A DNA stretch of 64,000 nucleotides. Origin: Terriglobales bacterium. Lineage in GTDB: Bacteria > Acidobacteriota > Terriglobia > Terriglobales > Acidobacteriaceae. Position numbers and translations under genes: made by a program. A model generated the notes under the pieces. That model was not told where the DNA came from. It did no database searches and worked only from the letters and a program-made list of their open reading frames with translations. Positions within the stretch are counted from its first letter, which is position 1. Every line of letters starts with the position of its first letter. The stretch is taken from contig JBEKPH010000006.1 of assembly GCA_049520915.1 (NCBI GenBank), forward strand, positions 50,382 to 114,381, given 5' to 3'. This document shows, piece after piece, positions 9,896 through 20,546 of this stretch.

Positions 9896-10192
9896 TGGAG
9901 AGCAGTGTCGAAGCTCAACTTTAGAAGCATTATACCTGAGTGGAAAACGATAACCAATTACATCCACCAAACTTTAGACGCACGCCACGCTACCTAAGTT
10001 GCCGTCTAATTCGAGACCGAAACCCAAAGCGATGAATCTAAAAGGCATTCGCTTCAGCACCGATGACCGCACGGAAGCGATGTAACATAATTATTCGAGG
10101 ATCGGGTCGGCCGCCTGCCGCTGTCGTCTACGGCGGCGATAATCCGCGATCTGTCGAGTGGCGCATAATCGAAGGCGCAGGAGATACCAATC

Positions 10193-10993
10193 ATGACCAC
10201 CGCAGCTCTCGGAAAACATGCAAGCACGGCGTCGACGAATGACCAGCCAGCGATCCCCGAGCCATCGTACGCCGAACGGGCGCGTACCTTGATGTACTTG
10301 GGCCGCATCGGCAGCATCTCGACCCTCTCGCGAAAACAGCCGGGATTCCCGTTTGGATCCGTCATGCCCTACGGGCTAGACGATCAAGGACGTCCCATTT
10401 TTCTCATCAGCACGATGGCGATGCATACCCAGAATTTGAAGGCTGACGCCCGCGCCAGTTTGCTCGTCACTCAAAGTGACGCCGATGGTGATCCGCTCGG
10501 AGCATCCAGGGTTACTCTGGTGGGAAATGTAAGGCTCATACCCGAGCCCGAGGTGGCGACGGCGCGCGACCTTTACTTGGCTCGTTATGCAAATAGCAAA
10601 TATTGGGTGGATTTTGAGGACTTTTCTTTTTACCGCATGGATGTCGTCGACGTTTATTATGTCGGCGGGTTTGGGGTGATGGGATGGATATCGGCGTCAG
10701 ACTATGGCAGCAGCCAGCCCGATCCTCTTGCTGACTCAATGACCGAAATCATGCAGCATATGAACGCCGACCACAAGGACGCGCTCGTCTTGCTGGCGCG
10801 AGAATTTGCCCACATTGAGTCAGATGAAGCGACGATGACAGCGGTCGACCGCCTCGGTTTTCAATTACGATTGAAAACTCAGGATGGTATGCGCGGCGTC
10901 AGGATCGCGTTCTTGCGAGAGGTGAGCAATCCGTCCGAAAGTAGAAAGGTCTTAGTCGATATGGTACAGCGGGCCCGATCGCGGACCGAGTGA
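10193..10993 (+). CDS. HugZ-like protein (pyridoxamine-5'-phosphate-oxidase-like FMN-binding split barrel + DUF2470-like C-terminal domain)
   Basis: ARTLMYLGRIGSISTLSRKQPGFPFGSVMPYGLDDQGRPIFLISTMAMHTQNL and the C-terminal MQHMNADHKDALVLLA motif are typical of the HugZ / heme-utilisation PNPOx-like family. Confidence 0.7.
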   Translation: MTTAALGKHASTASTNDQPAIPEPSYAERARTLMYLGRIGSISTLSRKQPGFPFGSVMPYGLDDQGRPIFLISTMAMHTQNLKADARASLLVTQSDADGDPLGASRVTLVGNVRLIPEPEVATARDLYLARYANSKYWVDFEDFSFYRMDVVDVYYVGGFGVMGWISASDYGSSQPDPLADSMTEIMQHMNADHKDALVLLAREFAHIESDEATMTAVDRLGFQLRLKTQDGMRGVRIAFLREVSNPSESRKVLVDMVQRARSRTE

Positions 10994-11267
10994 ATCGCAT
11001 CATCTAGCGGTCATAAAATAAACTGGCGCACATCCTTTCTATTAGATTCGACCAACGCGAGTGGACTTGGAGAGCTGACCTTTGGGTTATGAGCGGTATC
11101 GGTACTCAGTAAATAATTAAATTGACGGGCACGAGTGTCGCTCCAAGTACCCCTGAAATGCCGCCATCGGCCAGGGGTTTCGTCATACAATGGTGCCCTT
11201 CTCGAAGTCGAGAAGAGGTCTAGCTCAAATCTTGCTTTCGTGCCGGACACTGAATAGAGGGGACTTC

Positions 11268-13196
11268 ATGCAATCGATCTTTCGGTTCTTCTTTCGGTCC
11301 TTCGGAGTGTGCGTTGCAGTGCTGCTCGTGAGCGCTTTCGGCGCCACGTCTGCTTTTGGACAGGCGGTGCCTCACTTCAATCACATCATTTGGGTCATGG
11401 AGGAGAACCTCAACTACTCCGACATCACCAGCGCTTCGTGGCCGAATCTGTATGCGTTGGGGCACACGTATGGGTATTCCACTAATTTTTTCTCGGACAC
11501 GCATCCATCGATTGGCAACTACGAAGAAGACATCAGCGGCAAGATTTTGACCAACGATGATTCGTGCGATCCGAATGGCAGCGGCGGCTCGGATTGCCCG
11601 TTTCCCAGCACAGTGGACAACCTCGTGCGCGAGGTTCTAGCGCAAGGGCTGACATGGAAGTCTTATGCCGAGTGCATACCGAATGTGGGTTACTTAGGCG
11701 GAAATTATGTGGCAAAGTCCTGCCCCACCGACCTCACCGGCAACAACACGTATTACGTTCGCCACAACCCGTTCCCGTACTACTCGGATGTCTACAACAA
11801 CCCGACGCAGGCCGATAATATTGTTCCCTTCAGCCAATTCGCAACCGATGTGGCGAACAAAAACTTGCCGGATCTGGTCTATGTTGCGCCCGACGGGTGC
11901 GACGATGCCCACGATTGCCCTTCGTATCCCGGCCATATTGATCTGAATGCGGATACATGGTTGCAGACGAATGTCATCGGGCCGTTGACCGACCCATCGG
12001 GTTATGGACCGACGTTCGATGATGGCGACTTGCTGATTGTAGCGTTTGACGAATCAAGGAATGACAACCGGAACGGTGGCGGCCAGATTTTCATTGCGAT
12101 GGTCAGCCCGAAATACTCGAAGACGGCTTATGTCTCGAGTATTTCTTACGGCGAAGGAGCACTGGCGTGCACGTTGTTGCAGGGACTCGGATTGACTGCC
12201 GTGTATGGGGACGCGTGCAGCACGGCGCCTCCGACTTCCTATGCCACTGCCGCTATGTCAGATTTCTTTGGAACAACACAATCATTCTCGTTAGCGGCGA
12301 ATCCAAACACGCTCAGCATAACGCAGGCGAAAACCGGCACAAGCACAATCACCGTAACGGACAATAACGGTTTCAACGGTGAAGTCACCTTAAGTGCCTC
12401 AGGTCTGCCCAGTGGGGTGACCGCGCAGTTCGTTCCGAATCCGACAACCACAACCAGCACGTTGACGTTTACGGTCGGCAGTGGCGCTGCTCTCGGAACC
12501 TCGACCATCACCATTAGCGGCGTTTCGGGAAGCTTGACCAATCAAACGACGCTATCGCTAACAGTGACGGCAAGCGGGCCGATCGTGAGTCTCTCGCCGA
12601 CGTCTCTGACATTTCCGAAAACCGACGTGGGCGAGACCAGCAGCCCGAAAACAGTCACCCTGACCAATACCGGAGCCTCGATCCTCAACATTAGTAGCAT
12701 CGCGCCGAGCGGAGATTTTGCCATTCAAAGCACGACCTGCGGCGGCACGCTGGCAGCGAAGACAAAATGTGCGGTGAAGGTCACTTTCACGCCGACCCAC
12801 GCTGGAACGCGCACCGGAGCTCTCACATTCACCGACAATGCGCCGGGCAGTCCACAAGCAGTGGCGCTGTCTGGAACAGGTGCGGTGGTGGTGCCAACAC
12901 TTACGCCGGCCAGCGCGACTTACGCGAAGCAGAAGGTCGGTACGACCAGTAAGCCGAAGACGTTCACCCTCACCAACAAGCAGTCGGTGACGCTGACGAA
13001 CATTGCGATATCGATTACGGGGGACTTTGCAGTTTCGGCGACGACCTGCGGCGGAAGCCTGGCGGCGAAAGGGAAATGCACGATCAGCGTGACCTTCACG
13101 CCGACCGAGACGGGAACAAGAACCGGGCAGCTGCAAGTTAACGACAACGCCAGCAACAGTCCGCAAACCGCGAACTTGTCGGGCACTGGGGACTAA
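11268..13196 (+). CDS. Secreted phosphoesterase-family protein (acid phosphatase/phospholipase C-like) with C-terminal Ig-like and two ASH/choice-of-anchor-D-like domains
   Basis: Likely start ATG 11268 (MQSIFRFFFRSFGVCVAVLLVSAFGATSAFGQ signal). HIIWVMEENLNYSDI, YVRHNPFPYY and DLVYVAPDGCDDAHD are phosphoesterase-family motifs. The C-terminus holds repeated beta-sandwich modules. Confidence 0.8.
   Translation: MQSIFRFFFRSFGVCVAVLLVSAFGATSAFGQAVPHFNHIIWVMEENLNYSDITSASWPNLYALGHTYGYSTNFFSDTHPSIGNYEEDISGKILTNDDSCDPNGSGGSDCPFPSTVDNLVREVLAQGLTWKSYAECIPNVGYLGGNYVAKSCPTDLTGNNTYYVRHNPFPYYSDVYNNPTQADNIVPFSQFATDVANKNLPDLVYVAPDGCDDAHDCPSYPGHIDLNADTWLQTNVIGPLTDPSGYGPTFDDGDLLIVAFDESRNDNRNGGGQIFIAMVSPKYSKTAYVSSISYGEGALACTLLQGLGLTAVYGDACSTAPPTSYATAAMSDFFGTTQSFSLAANPNTLSITQAKTGTSTITVTDNNGFNGEVTLSASGLPSGVTAQFVPNPTTTTSTLTFTVGSGAALGTSTITISGVSGSLTNQTTLSLTVTASGPIVSLSPTSLTFPKTDVGETSSPKTVTLTNTGASILNISSIAPSGDFAIQSTTCGGTLAAKTKCAVKVTFTPTHAGTRTGALTFTDNAPGSPQAVALSGTGAVVVPTLTPASATYAKQKVGTTSKPKTFTLTNKQSVTLTNIAISITGDFAVSATTCGGSLAAKGKCTISVTFTPTETGTRTGQLQVNDNASNSPQTANLSGTGD
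12579..13193 (+). repeat. Tandem duplication of a ~100-aa ASH/HYDIN-like ('choice-of-anchor D'-type) domain within the phosphoesterase gene
   Basis: 12579..12881 and 12882..13193 encode LTFPKTDVGETSSPKTVTLTNTG...GDFAIQSTTCGGTLAAKTKCAVKVTFTPTHAGTRTGAL and YAKQKVGTTSKPKTFTLTNKQ...GDFAVSATTCGGSLAAKGKCTISVTFTPTETGTRTGQL. Confidence 0.8.
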
Positions 13197-13399
13197 AATC
13201 ACGGCTGGGAATTTGGTATTGGTTAGTGAAGTGAAGCCGAAGCAGCCAAACCACATACCGCAATCATGAATCCTCAGCGAAGATTAGTGGCCAAGATCGA
13301 AGGCAGTCAAATCACGACCGATCGACTCGGAGACCAACTGCTGGTTCGTGTGACTCGCGCCATTCCGCTTGTCAGAACGCCGAGCGCCAGCGTTGACAG

Positions 13400-14491
13400 C
13401 TAGCTCATCTCCTTCACGGTGATGTCATACTTGAAGTTGTCCGGATCGAAGGGATCTACTCGTCCCTCTGCTGTTTCCGCCTGCGGATACATGAAATAAA
13501 CGACCGGCTTTTTGGCGGAGCCTGGCAGCGCAACGTCGTGAGCATAGTTATAAGCCATCCAATTCATCTCCCATGAACCGAACAGGCGGTTGCGCGCCTT
13601 CGACACCATCTCGTCGCTCAGATGGCGATTCCCGGGTGGCTCTTCCAGAACTACCTTGCGTACGTCTGCCGGGTCCACCGGAACCCAGCCGTATTCGCGA
13701 AGGTATATCTCCGTGCGGCAGTGCTGGCCCTTGGTCGCTTTATCCGTCGCTAGTCCAAGGCTTTTATAGCCCAAATCTGATTTGGCAATCCGCAAACCAT
13801 AAACATGCCGCGCCGGCAGGCCCACGGAGCGTGCCAGGCCAACGTAGAGGGCATTTAGGTCGGCACATTTTCCGCCCATATCGCCCGACTCCAACATGAA
13901 CCGAATGTCGCCGCGCCCGCAGCCGCGAACCTTGGGATCGCGGAAGGTGTTGTCCACCACCCAGTCGTAAAGAGCGCGGGCCTTCTCTATCTCGGTGGTC
14001 ACACCGGCGGTCGCCTTAAGCGCGGTCTCTTTGACAATGCCGTCTGTAGGCACATAACGGGTAGGTTGAAGGAAGTAGTCGAGCTCTTCTTTTGAAACGC
14101 GTGGCGCTCTGCCGGGAACCGACAGATCGACGGCGTAGTTCTTCAGCGACACATGGCTGGTCAGCGTCAGCACGGGCGTCGCGTTAGCGGGGTAACTCGC
14201 CGCTACGATGGCAAGTGCGTTCGGCTTGTCTTTGCTTAACTGAGCGGTTCCGCCCTCAGCGCTGAACTTGTTGGCATGCGTCCGCTGAAATGGCGTATCA
14301 CGAATCAGCGCCGCCGGCAGCCAGATGTGAGTCACTCCATTTGTCTTCACTACTTCTACCCTCGTGGTGACCTCGAACGTCCGCCAGTTGCCGCTCGGCT
14401 GGAATGCGTCGGCAAAGACCGGCATTGATTTTGTAACTGCCAAGCCAGCGCAGAGTGCGCCGGTCGATTGGAGAAAGTTGCGCCGATTCAT
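13400..14491 (-). CDS. Tat-exported transglutaminase-like superfamily protein
   Basis: Twin-arginine signal MNRRNFLQSTGALCAGLAV. GGKCADLNALYVGLARSVGLPARHVYG and CRTEIYLREYGWVPVDPAD form a transglutaminase-core Cys/His/Asp context. Confidence 0.8.
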   Translation of the reverse strand: MNRRNFLQSTGALCAGLAVTKSMPVFADAFQPSGNWRTFEVTTRVEVVKTNGVTHIWLPAALIRDTPFQRTHANKFSAEGGTAQLSKDKPNALAIVAASYPANATPVLTLTSHVSLKNYAVDLSVPGRAPRVSKEELDYFLQPTRYVPTDGIVKETALKATAGVTTEIEKARALYDWVVDNTFRDPKVRGCGRGDIRFMLESGDMGGKCADLNALYVGLARSVGLPARHVYGLRIAKSDLGYKSLGLATDKATKGQHCRTEIYLREYGWVPVDPADVRKVVLEEPPGNRHLSDEMVSKARNRLFGSWEMNWMAYNYAHDVALPGSAKKPVVYFMYPQAETAEGRVDPFDPDNFKYDITVKEMS

Positions 14492-14510
14492 AAGCTCCCG
14501 TCTGTTGCAA

Positions 14511-14654
14511 TCATTTCGCGTTCAGCCGGTCCAGAGTGTTAGGCCCACGAAAGAGTACGTCAGCGAGTTCGCGTAGCGCTTTAGTGCTTTCAGGGCTGAT
14601 CGCCATCGGGCCGAGGATGCCTGGGGCGCCTTCGGGTACTTGAATGTGGGCCAT
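14511..14654 (-). pseudogene. 47-codon N-terminal fragment of a carboxymuconolactone decarboxylase/AhpD-like protein
   Basis: Too short for the ORF track. My translation is MAHIQVPEGAPGILGPMAISPESTKALRELADVLFRGPNTLDRLNAK*. It resembles the N-termini of CMD-family proteins (M.HI.lpe..PGI.g......t..pl.eLa.vLLrgp..L) but stops before the CxxC core. Confidence 0.4.
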
Positions 14655-14675
14655 GACGTTTTTCCTTTCTGCTAC

Positions 14676-15740
14676 CTAAACTCCAAGAGACTTCGCTGCC
14701 ATGGCTGTTCCTTCGACACGGTTCCTTACCTTTGCGAAAGCCGTCTCCCGCGATGTGGACGTGTCATCCGCGAACGGTGAGAAGCCGCAGTCGTCGGTCG
14801 TTCCCAACGCCTCGATGGGGATCAGCTCAGCGGCTTCTAGCACACGATCACGTACCTCCTCAGGATTCTCCACTTTGGGATCGATCGGGTCTGTGACGCC
14901 AACGAATAGAAGTTGTCCAGGTTTGAGCAGGCTGCGAATGGAAGCCAGGACACGGCGACGGTCGGGTTCGCTCGCCAACTGAATGTAGAAGCGCCCCACA
15001 TTCAGACGGAAGAGGGACGGCAAAAGACCCAAGTAATCCACATCGGCGCTGTGCGTGGAATCATGGTCGCCGCCGGGACATGTATGGACTCCAATCTGCT
15101 GTCGTTCAGTCGCAGTAAAGCGCTCGAGAACACGATTGTTCAAATCAATGAACGCGCTCAGCACTTCTCCCGACGGATCGAGTTTCAATGCCAATCGTCC
15201 TTCGGTGAAATCGATTTGCACGCACGCAGCGCCGGCTTCCAGACACTCGCGAATATCGCGTTCCGCTTCGCCAACCAGATCGTCGAGGAACGTTTCCCGC
15301 GAATATCCATCGATTCCAGTTTGCGGATAAAGCAGACTCAGGGCGGACGCCGAAATCACAGCCTGTTTCACCGGCCGATGAGCATGCTGCTGAGCGGACT
15401 TCAGATAAGTCACAGCGTGGACGCCATAGCGGAACGGGCCCGATGCCAGTTTAGGGAGTTGCCTGGTGTGTCCATCGGCAAATGGAATGACCGCTCCATC
15501 AGGCGCGAGATTGCCGAGTCCGGAAAGAGGATAAGTAGCAAAGCTCGGCTTCGTCTGCTCACCATCGGTGATGATGGGCGAGCCAGTCTCCTCTAGTCGC
15601 GAAATCGTGCCGCGGAGCGCCGACTCCTCGACCGTTTTGAGTTGTCCGGCAGAAATTTCTCCCGACGCATGAGCTCGCATTGCTGCCAGCAAATCTGCTG
15701 GGCGCGGGATGCTTCCGATCGGTTCGGTCGGTATCGGCAT
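14676..15740 (-). CDS. Cobalamin-independent methionine synthase (MetE C-terminal-like) family protein
   Basis: MPIPTEPIGSIPRPADLL N-terminus, GVHTCPGGDHDSTH metal-site context and the FYIQLASE motif. Confidence 0.75.
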   Translation of the reverse strand: MPIPTEPIGSIPRPADLLAAMRAHASGEISAGQLKTVEESALRGTISRLEETGSPIITDGEQTKPSFATYPLSGLGNLAPDGAVIPFADGHTRQLPKLASGPFRYGVHAVTYLKSAQQHAHRPVKQAVISASALSLLYPQTGIDGYSRETFLDDLVGEAERDIRECLEAGAACVQIDFTEGRLALKLDPSGEVLSAFIDLNNRVLERFTATERQQIGVHTCPGGDHDSTHSADVDYLGLLPSLFRLNVGRFYIQLASEPDRRRVLASIRSLLKPGQLLFVGVTDPIDPKVENPEEVRDRVLEAAELIPIEALGTTDDCGFSPFADDTSTSRETAFAKVRNRVEGTAMAAKSLGV

Positions 15741-15968
15741 AGTGTAGGGCTCTTTGACTTAAACTAGAAACTCCAGCGCAACTTCATGTTGTCGCGCTTT
15801 TGCTTGTCAGACGACAGATTTCTCCCCTTCAATTTTCGAAGCGATTCTGGATGCGGAAAACCTTACCAACGATTGCTAAATCGCAGCAATACTAGAAAAA
15901 GGCTAGAGATGGAAGTCGCGTGACCCGTATATCATTCGACTCCTGCATACGGCGAAGAGATCGACCAA

Positions 15969-17261
15969 ATGAATGAGGAGTCTATTTCCGAGGCGGTCGG
16001 CGTTGGCGAAACTGCACTGCAGCGCGCCGAGGTACCCTCTGACCTCACTGAATTCGATCCCCGTTATTACGGCTGGCGTGTCGTTTTGGCGGCGTGTCTC
16101 GGTGTGATGGCCGGATTCGGCTCGCTGTTTGTCTATACCTTCTCCGTTTTCGTGAAGCCGCTCGCTGCGGAATTCGGCTGGAGTCGCGAAGCCATCTCCA
16201 GCGGATTCGCAATCGCTGCCGTCACCCTGGGAATGTGTTCGCCCCTCCTGGGTCATTGGATCGATCGCTTTGGACCCCGGCGCATCATTCTTGTCTGCAT
16301 GACGGTGTACGTCTGCGGCATTGCCTCGTTGTCACTCTTGCACTCGGGACTGTGGCAGTTTTATGTGACTTGCTTCGTGCTGGGAGTCGTCGGGAATGGT
16401 GCAGCTCATCTGGCTTACTCGCGATCGATTTCCACTTGGTTTCACCGCCGTTTAGGAATGGCGTTGGCTTTTGTGATGGTTGGAGCGGGGTTGGGCGCAA
16501 TGATTTTGCCCGTCGTAGCCCAATCCATCATCAGCCGTTCGGGTTGGCGCGCCTCCTACGCGTTTCTCGGAGGTCTAGCATTGATACTCGGCTTACCCCT
16601 GAGTTGGCGCTACATCCGCGATCGTCAGCCGCGCGGACGCGAGTCCGCTGCTGTTGAGTATTCCGGAATGACCTGGCAGCAAGGCTTACGGTCTTTTGCC
16701 TTCTCGATTATCACGGCCATCCTTTTTGTGAGTTCGATCAGCATGAACGGGGCGATCACTCATCTATCCGCCTTGCTGACCGATCGAGGCCTCACGCCTG
16801 GAGACGCGGCGCTATGCGCCTCGATACTCGGCGGATCGAGCCTGCTTGGCCGGATCGTTGTGGGATGGCTGCTGGATCGATTTTTCGGGCCACGTGTCGC
16901 GTTTATGATTAACCTCACTACCGCCCTTGGCGTTTTTCTCCTCGCTCGGGCGAGCAGTTTCCCGGCCGGTTGCCTTGCGGCTGCACTGATTGGCGTCGGG
17001 GCCGGAGGCGAAGCCGCGACTACACCCTACCTGCTCACGCGTTACTTTGGGCTGCGTGCTTTTTCCACCCTTTACGGTCTCACTTGGACGTTCTACGCCG
17101 CCGCGGGAGCAATTGGGCCGGTGATACTAGGGCGCGCATTTGATGCCACTGGCTCCTATTCTTCTTTGCTGGTTCTCCTCGCGGCAGCGCTCGGGCTGGC
17201 TGCCGCAACAAATCTGTTGCTTCCACGCTATTCGGATTCGTTCGCTACTGAGGTTCACTGA
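15969..17261 (+). CDS. MFS transporter
   Basis: 430 aa with about 12 predicted TM helices. DRFGPRRIILV (motif A-like) lies between TM2 and TM3. Confidence 0.85.
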   Translation: MNEESISEAVGVGETALQRAEVPSDLTEFDPRYYGWRVVLAACLGVMAGFGSLFVYTFSVFVKPLAAEFGWSREAISSGFAIAAVTLGMCSPLLGHWIDRFGPRRIILVCMTVYVCGIASLSLLHSGLWQFYVTCFVLGVVGNGAAHLAYSRSISTWFHRRLGMALAFVMVGAGLGAMILPVVAQSIISRSGWRASYAFLGGLALILGLPLSWRYIRDRQPRGRESAAVEYSGMTWQQGLRSFAFSIITAILFVSSISMNGAITHLSALLTDRGLTPGDAALCASILGGSSLLGRIVVGWLLDRFFGPRVAFMINLTTALGVFLLARASSFPAGCLAAALIGVGAGGEAATTPYLLTRYFGLRAFSTLYGLTWTFYAAAGAIGPVILGRAFDATGSYSSLLVLLAAALGLAAATNLLLPRYSDSFATEVH

Positions 17262-17444
17262 GCGAAGACTCCAAGCCAGCGTGGAGCACGCGCGGCAGTC
17301 CTTTCTCTCGGAGCATCTGCGCTCCTCTCACCCGGTTATTTCCGTACTCTAGCGGCTCCCCACTGTTTTCCGGAGGCCAGTGGTTCCGGGGCATAACTTC
17401 CGGGTAGCCGGTCATCAGCCATCAAACATGGCCACCAGCCATCC

Positions 17445-20400
17445 CTATTGCAACTTCGCGTACTCTGCCTTGGTTTGCTTCAGGATAGGGATATCGGGAT
17501 CGGCGTCTTTCCAGAGGGTGAGGAAGTCTTTGTAGGCGGCGAGCGCCCGGACGCGGGCTGCATCGGCATCCGCTCCCTGCGAGGTTCTCGCCTGCAAGGC
17601 GTTTGCCCGAGCGACTCCCAGATGCGCCAGCGCTCCCGTCCAGCAATTCCACACGATGCCGTTGTGATCGATAATCTTCTGAAATTCGGCGGCAGCGGCA
17701 GCACCTTGTCCGTCGGCCAAGTATGCTTCACCACGCACGTACGTCGGATACAGGCAGGAGATATTCATGACGAAGGGAATGTTGCCTAACTCAATGGGCG
17801 AGGCAGATTGCAAGGCGTTCAGGGCGGAAGCCGGGTCCTTTCTGTCCAGTGCCAATTGCGCCTTAATCGATGGCAGCCAGAGCGACTGCATTTGCGTGCC
17901 CAGAGGAAATCGTTCCCCCAAGTCTCGGGTCAACGATTCGGCTCGCGTCGTGTCGCCCGCCATGGCAAACGCAAGCGCCGCTTCGACCTCGACGCCCTGA
18001 CTCGCGGGAGCAAGCTTCAAAGCTTCTGCCGCTGTCTGCCGGGCTCCCGTGATATTGCCGTAAGTCGCTTCTCGTTGAGCCGCAATTGCCAGATCGATTG
18101 CCCCAGCCTCTTTATTGTCGGATCGCGCAGCTGAATCTAAGGCCCGCTTGGTCAGCTCCCGAGCCTTGTTCGCACGACCGGCATAAGCCTCGGTGTCGGA
18201 TGCGAGCGCCAGTCCAAAAGCTTCATACTTGGGCTTGCCTGCAAACCACTGTTGCTGTTCCGCCATTGCAGCGGAATCCGAACCGACAAAGGCAAGAGCG
18301 TAAGTCGCAGTGTGCAATATCAAATCATCCCCTTTTCGAGCCTGCGTGTCGTCGACGATCTGCCGCGTCTCGTCGAAACGCTGCAGGGCTAGACTATAGT
18401 TGGCGAGATTCTCGTTCCATGATGCACGATCACCTGCAAGGCGCCTGCCTTGCCTCACGATCTCTGCGGCTTTCTCATAATGCCCCTGCGCGGCATGCGC
18501 CAGGCCCAAATTGTTGTACGCTCCGTATTCCCGTGGATAGCTCTCAATCCACTGCTCATATATCTGCGCCGCTTTATCTAGCTCTCTGGTCACATTTTGG
18601 TAGTAGTTGGCTGTGATGGCTAGTTTTTCCCGTTCGCTGGCATGTTCCCGCAACTGGAATGCTTTCGTGACGTACTCACTGGTCCGCTCAGTCTGGCCGA
18701 GATAGGCATAGCCCAAGCCTACTCCCCTGTAGCCCATAGCAAAATTCGGATCAAGCTCGATGGCACGTTGATCGTACGGCAAGGCTGCGCCAATGCCTTT
18801 CTCGTTTTGGGCCTTTATCCCAAGGCTATACGCTTTCAACGCTTCGAGCGAAGAAGTTGTTGCCTGTTCGAGTGGAACATCAAACCGCTGCACCGTGGCC
18901 AGCGATTCACCCAGTTCGCCGCGCAGCTTGGATGCCGCCTCGCCCAACACTTCGAGCACCTTTTCCTTCGACGCCGCTGTCACTTGCTCTTCGGCCAGCA
19001 AGTCGCCGGTCTGGCAGTTCATCGCCTTCAATTCCAGGACATACTTGCTGCCCAAACTGCCGATTGCTCCGGCAATGTAGGCTTTGCTACCCGCCCGCTG
19101 GCAAAGCTCGCGAGCCACATCGAGTGTGAGTTTCGTGCCGGCTGGGAGGGTCATCAATTTCAGAGTCTTCGCAACCGTGCTGTCGGGGAGTACGTTCAGG
19201 AAAGGCGACTGCCGCAAGGAGATGCTGAGCGCGGTTCTCAGCGTGTCGTCGAATATTGCGTCTCCGGTACTGTTCGCAAAATCGGCGAGGACGATAGTGT
19301 CTTTGTCGGTGAGTTTCGGGCTTCGGTGGAAATAGAAATAACTACTGGTCGCCAAAACCAGGATCGCCACAGCAATCGGAACGATTGCCCTCCACCGTTT
19401 CGTGGGCGTGGCTGAGCCGCTTGTCTTCGTAGCGATCGAGGCTCGCCCCGACTCTGTGTCCCGTTTGAGTCTCTGCAATTCGGAGCGAAGATCCGCCGCG
19501 TGCTGGTAGCGTAAATCCAGGCTTTTCTCCAAGCTCTTCAGGATGATTCTTTCCATATCCGAGGAAAGATCGGGTTTGAGACGGACCGGGGGCACCGGTT
19601 CCCGGCTCAAAATCGATTCGAAAATCACTCCTGTACTTTCTCCCCGGAAGGGCAGCGTTCCTGTGGACATCTCGTACATGACAGTGCCAAAGGAAAACAA
19701 ATCGGTCCGCGCATCCAACTCCCTGGCGCGAACCTGTTCTGGTGACATATAGGTCACCGTGCCCATCGCTGTTCCGGGACCGGTTAGAGAATCCTGCAGC
19801 GTTGGGGAGTTGTGATCAGCGTTGGTCTGTTTGAGAACCTTGGCAAGTCCGAAATCGAGCACCTTCGCATGCCCGCGCAAGGTAACGAAAATGTTCGCGG
19901 ACTTGATGTCACGGTGCACGATTCCGGCGGCATGTGCCGCATCCAGCGCGTCGGCGACTTGAATAGAAAGCGCGACCAGCCTCTCCTCCTCCATCGGATG
20001 GCCTGCAATGCACTTCTTCAGATCCATTCCATCAAGAAACTCCATGGAAATGAACATGACATCATTGTGTTTACCGATTTCGTAGACCGTGCATATATTG
20101 GGATGATTGAGAGCAGAAGCCGCCCGCGCCTCTCTGCGGAAGCGTTCCAGAGCTTGCGGGTCTTGCGACAGATCATCAGGCAGGAATTTCAGAGCGACGA
20201 AGCGTCCAAGCTCGCTATCCTCGGCCTTGTAAACGACGCCCATCCCCCCGCCCCCCAGCTTTCCCATGATGCGGTAATGGGATACGGTGTCGCCGGTCGC
20301 GAAATCACGCCTTTCGTGGGTGCCTCTGTTCCGCTCGTGAGCGATCGCGCGCGCGGCCTCTTCTATAGCAGGATTCTCCAGAAAGCTTCCTGCCTGTTGC

Positions 20401-20546
20401 TGTGCCGTCAGCAGAGAGCGGACTTCGCGTTCCAGCGACTCGTCAGTTGCGCATGCGTGCCGCAGAAACTGGTCGCGCTCCCCAGGCGGACGCTCCAGCA
20501 CCGACTGCAGTAGGCTGTCGACTTGCTTCCACCGATCAGAGTCCAT
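17445..20546 (-). CDS. Ser/Thr protein kinase with TM segment and C-terminal TPR region (partner of the ECF sigma factor, module 1)
   Basis: [34 protein letters not shown] and YMSPEQ. Single TM ([22 protein letters not shown]). Long TPR-like tail. The start overlaps the sigma gene stop by 11 nt. Confidence 0.9.
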   Translation of the reverse strand: MDSDRWKQVDSLLQSVLERPPGERDQFLRHACATDESLEREVRSLLTAQQQAGSFLENPAIEEAARAIAHERNRGTHERRDFATGDTVSHYRIMGKLGGGGMGVVYKAEDSELGRFVALKFLPDDLSQDPQALERFRREARAASALNHPNICTVYEIGKHNDVMFISMEFLDGMDLKKCIAGHPMEEERLVALSIQVADALDAAHAAGIVHRDIKSANIFVTLRGHAKVLDFGLAKVLKQTNADHNSPTLQDSLTGPGTAMGTVTYMSPEQVRARELDARTDLFSFGTVMYEMSTGTLPFRGESTGVIFESILSREPVPPVRLKPDLSSDMERIILKSLEKSLDLRYQHAADLRSELQRLKRDTESGRASIATKTSGSATPTKRWRAIVPIAVAILVLATSSYFYFHRSPKLTDKDTIVLADFANSTGDAIFDDTLRTALSISLRQSPFLNVLPDSTVAKTLKLMTLPAGTKLTLDVARELCQRAGSKAYIAGAIGSLGSKYVLELKAMNCQTGDLLAEEQVTAASKEKVLEVLGEAASKLRGELGESLATVQRFDVPLEQATTSSLEALKAYSLGIKAQNEKGIGAALPYDQRAIELDPNFAMGYRGVGLGYAYLGQTERTSEYVTKAFQLREHASEREKLAITANYYQNVTRELDKAAQIYEQWIESYPREYGAYNNLGLAHAAQGHYEKAAEIVRQGRRLAGDRASWNENLANYSLALQRFDETRQIVDDTQARKGDDLILHTATYALAFVGSDSAAMAEQQQWFAGKPKYEAFGLALASDTEAYAGRANKARELTKRALDSAARSDNKEAGAIDLAIAAQREATYGNITGARQTAAEALKLAPASQGVEVEAALAFAMAGDTTRAESLTRDLGERFPLGTQMQSLWLPSIKAQLALDRKDPASALNALQSASPIELGNIPFVMNISCLYPTYVRGEAYLADGQGAAAAAEFQKIIDHNGIVWNCWTGALAHLGVARANALQARTSQGADADAARVRALAAYKDFLTLWKDADPDIPILKQTKAEYAKLQ

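Noticed and set aside
10054-10365. 103-aa minus-strand ORF overlapping the start of the HugZ-like gene.
   Set aside because: It overlaps a well-supported gene and has no motif or SD.
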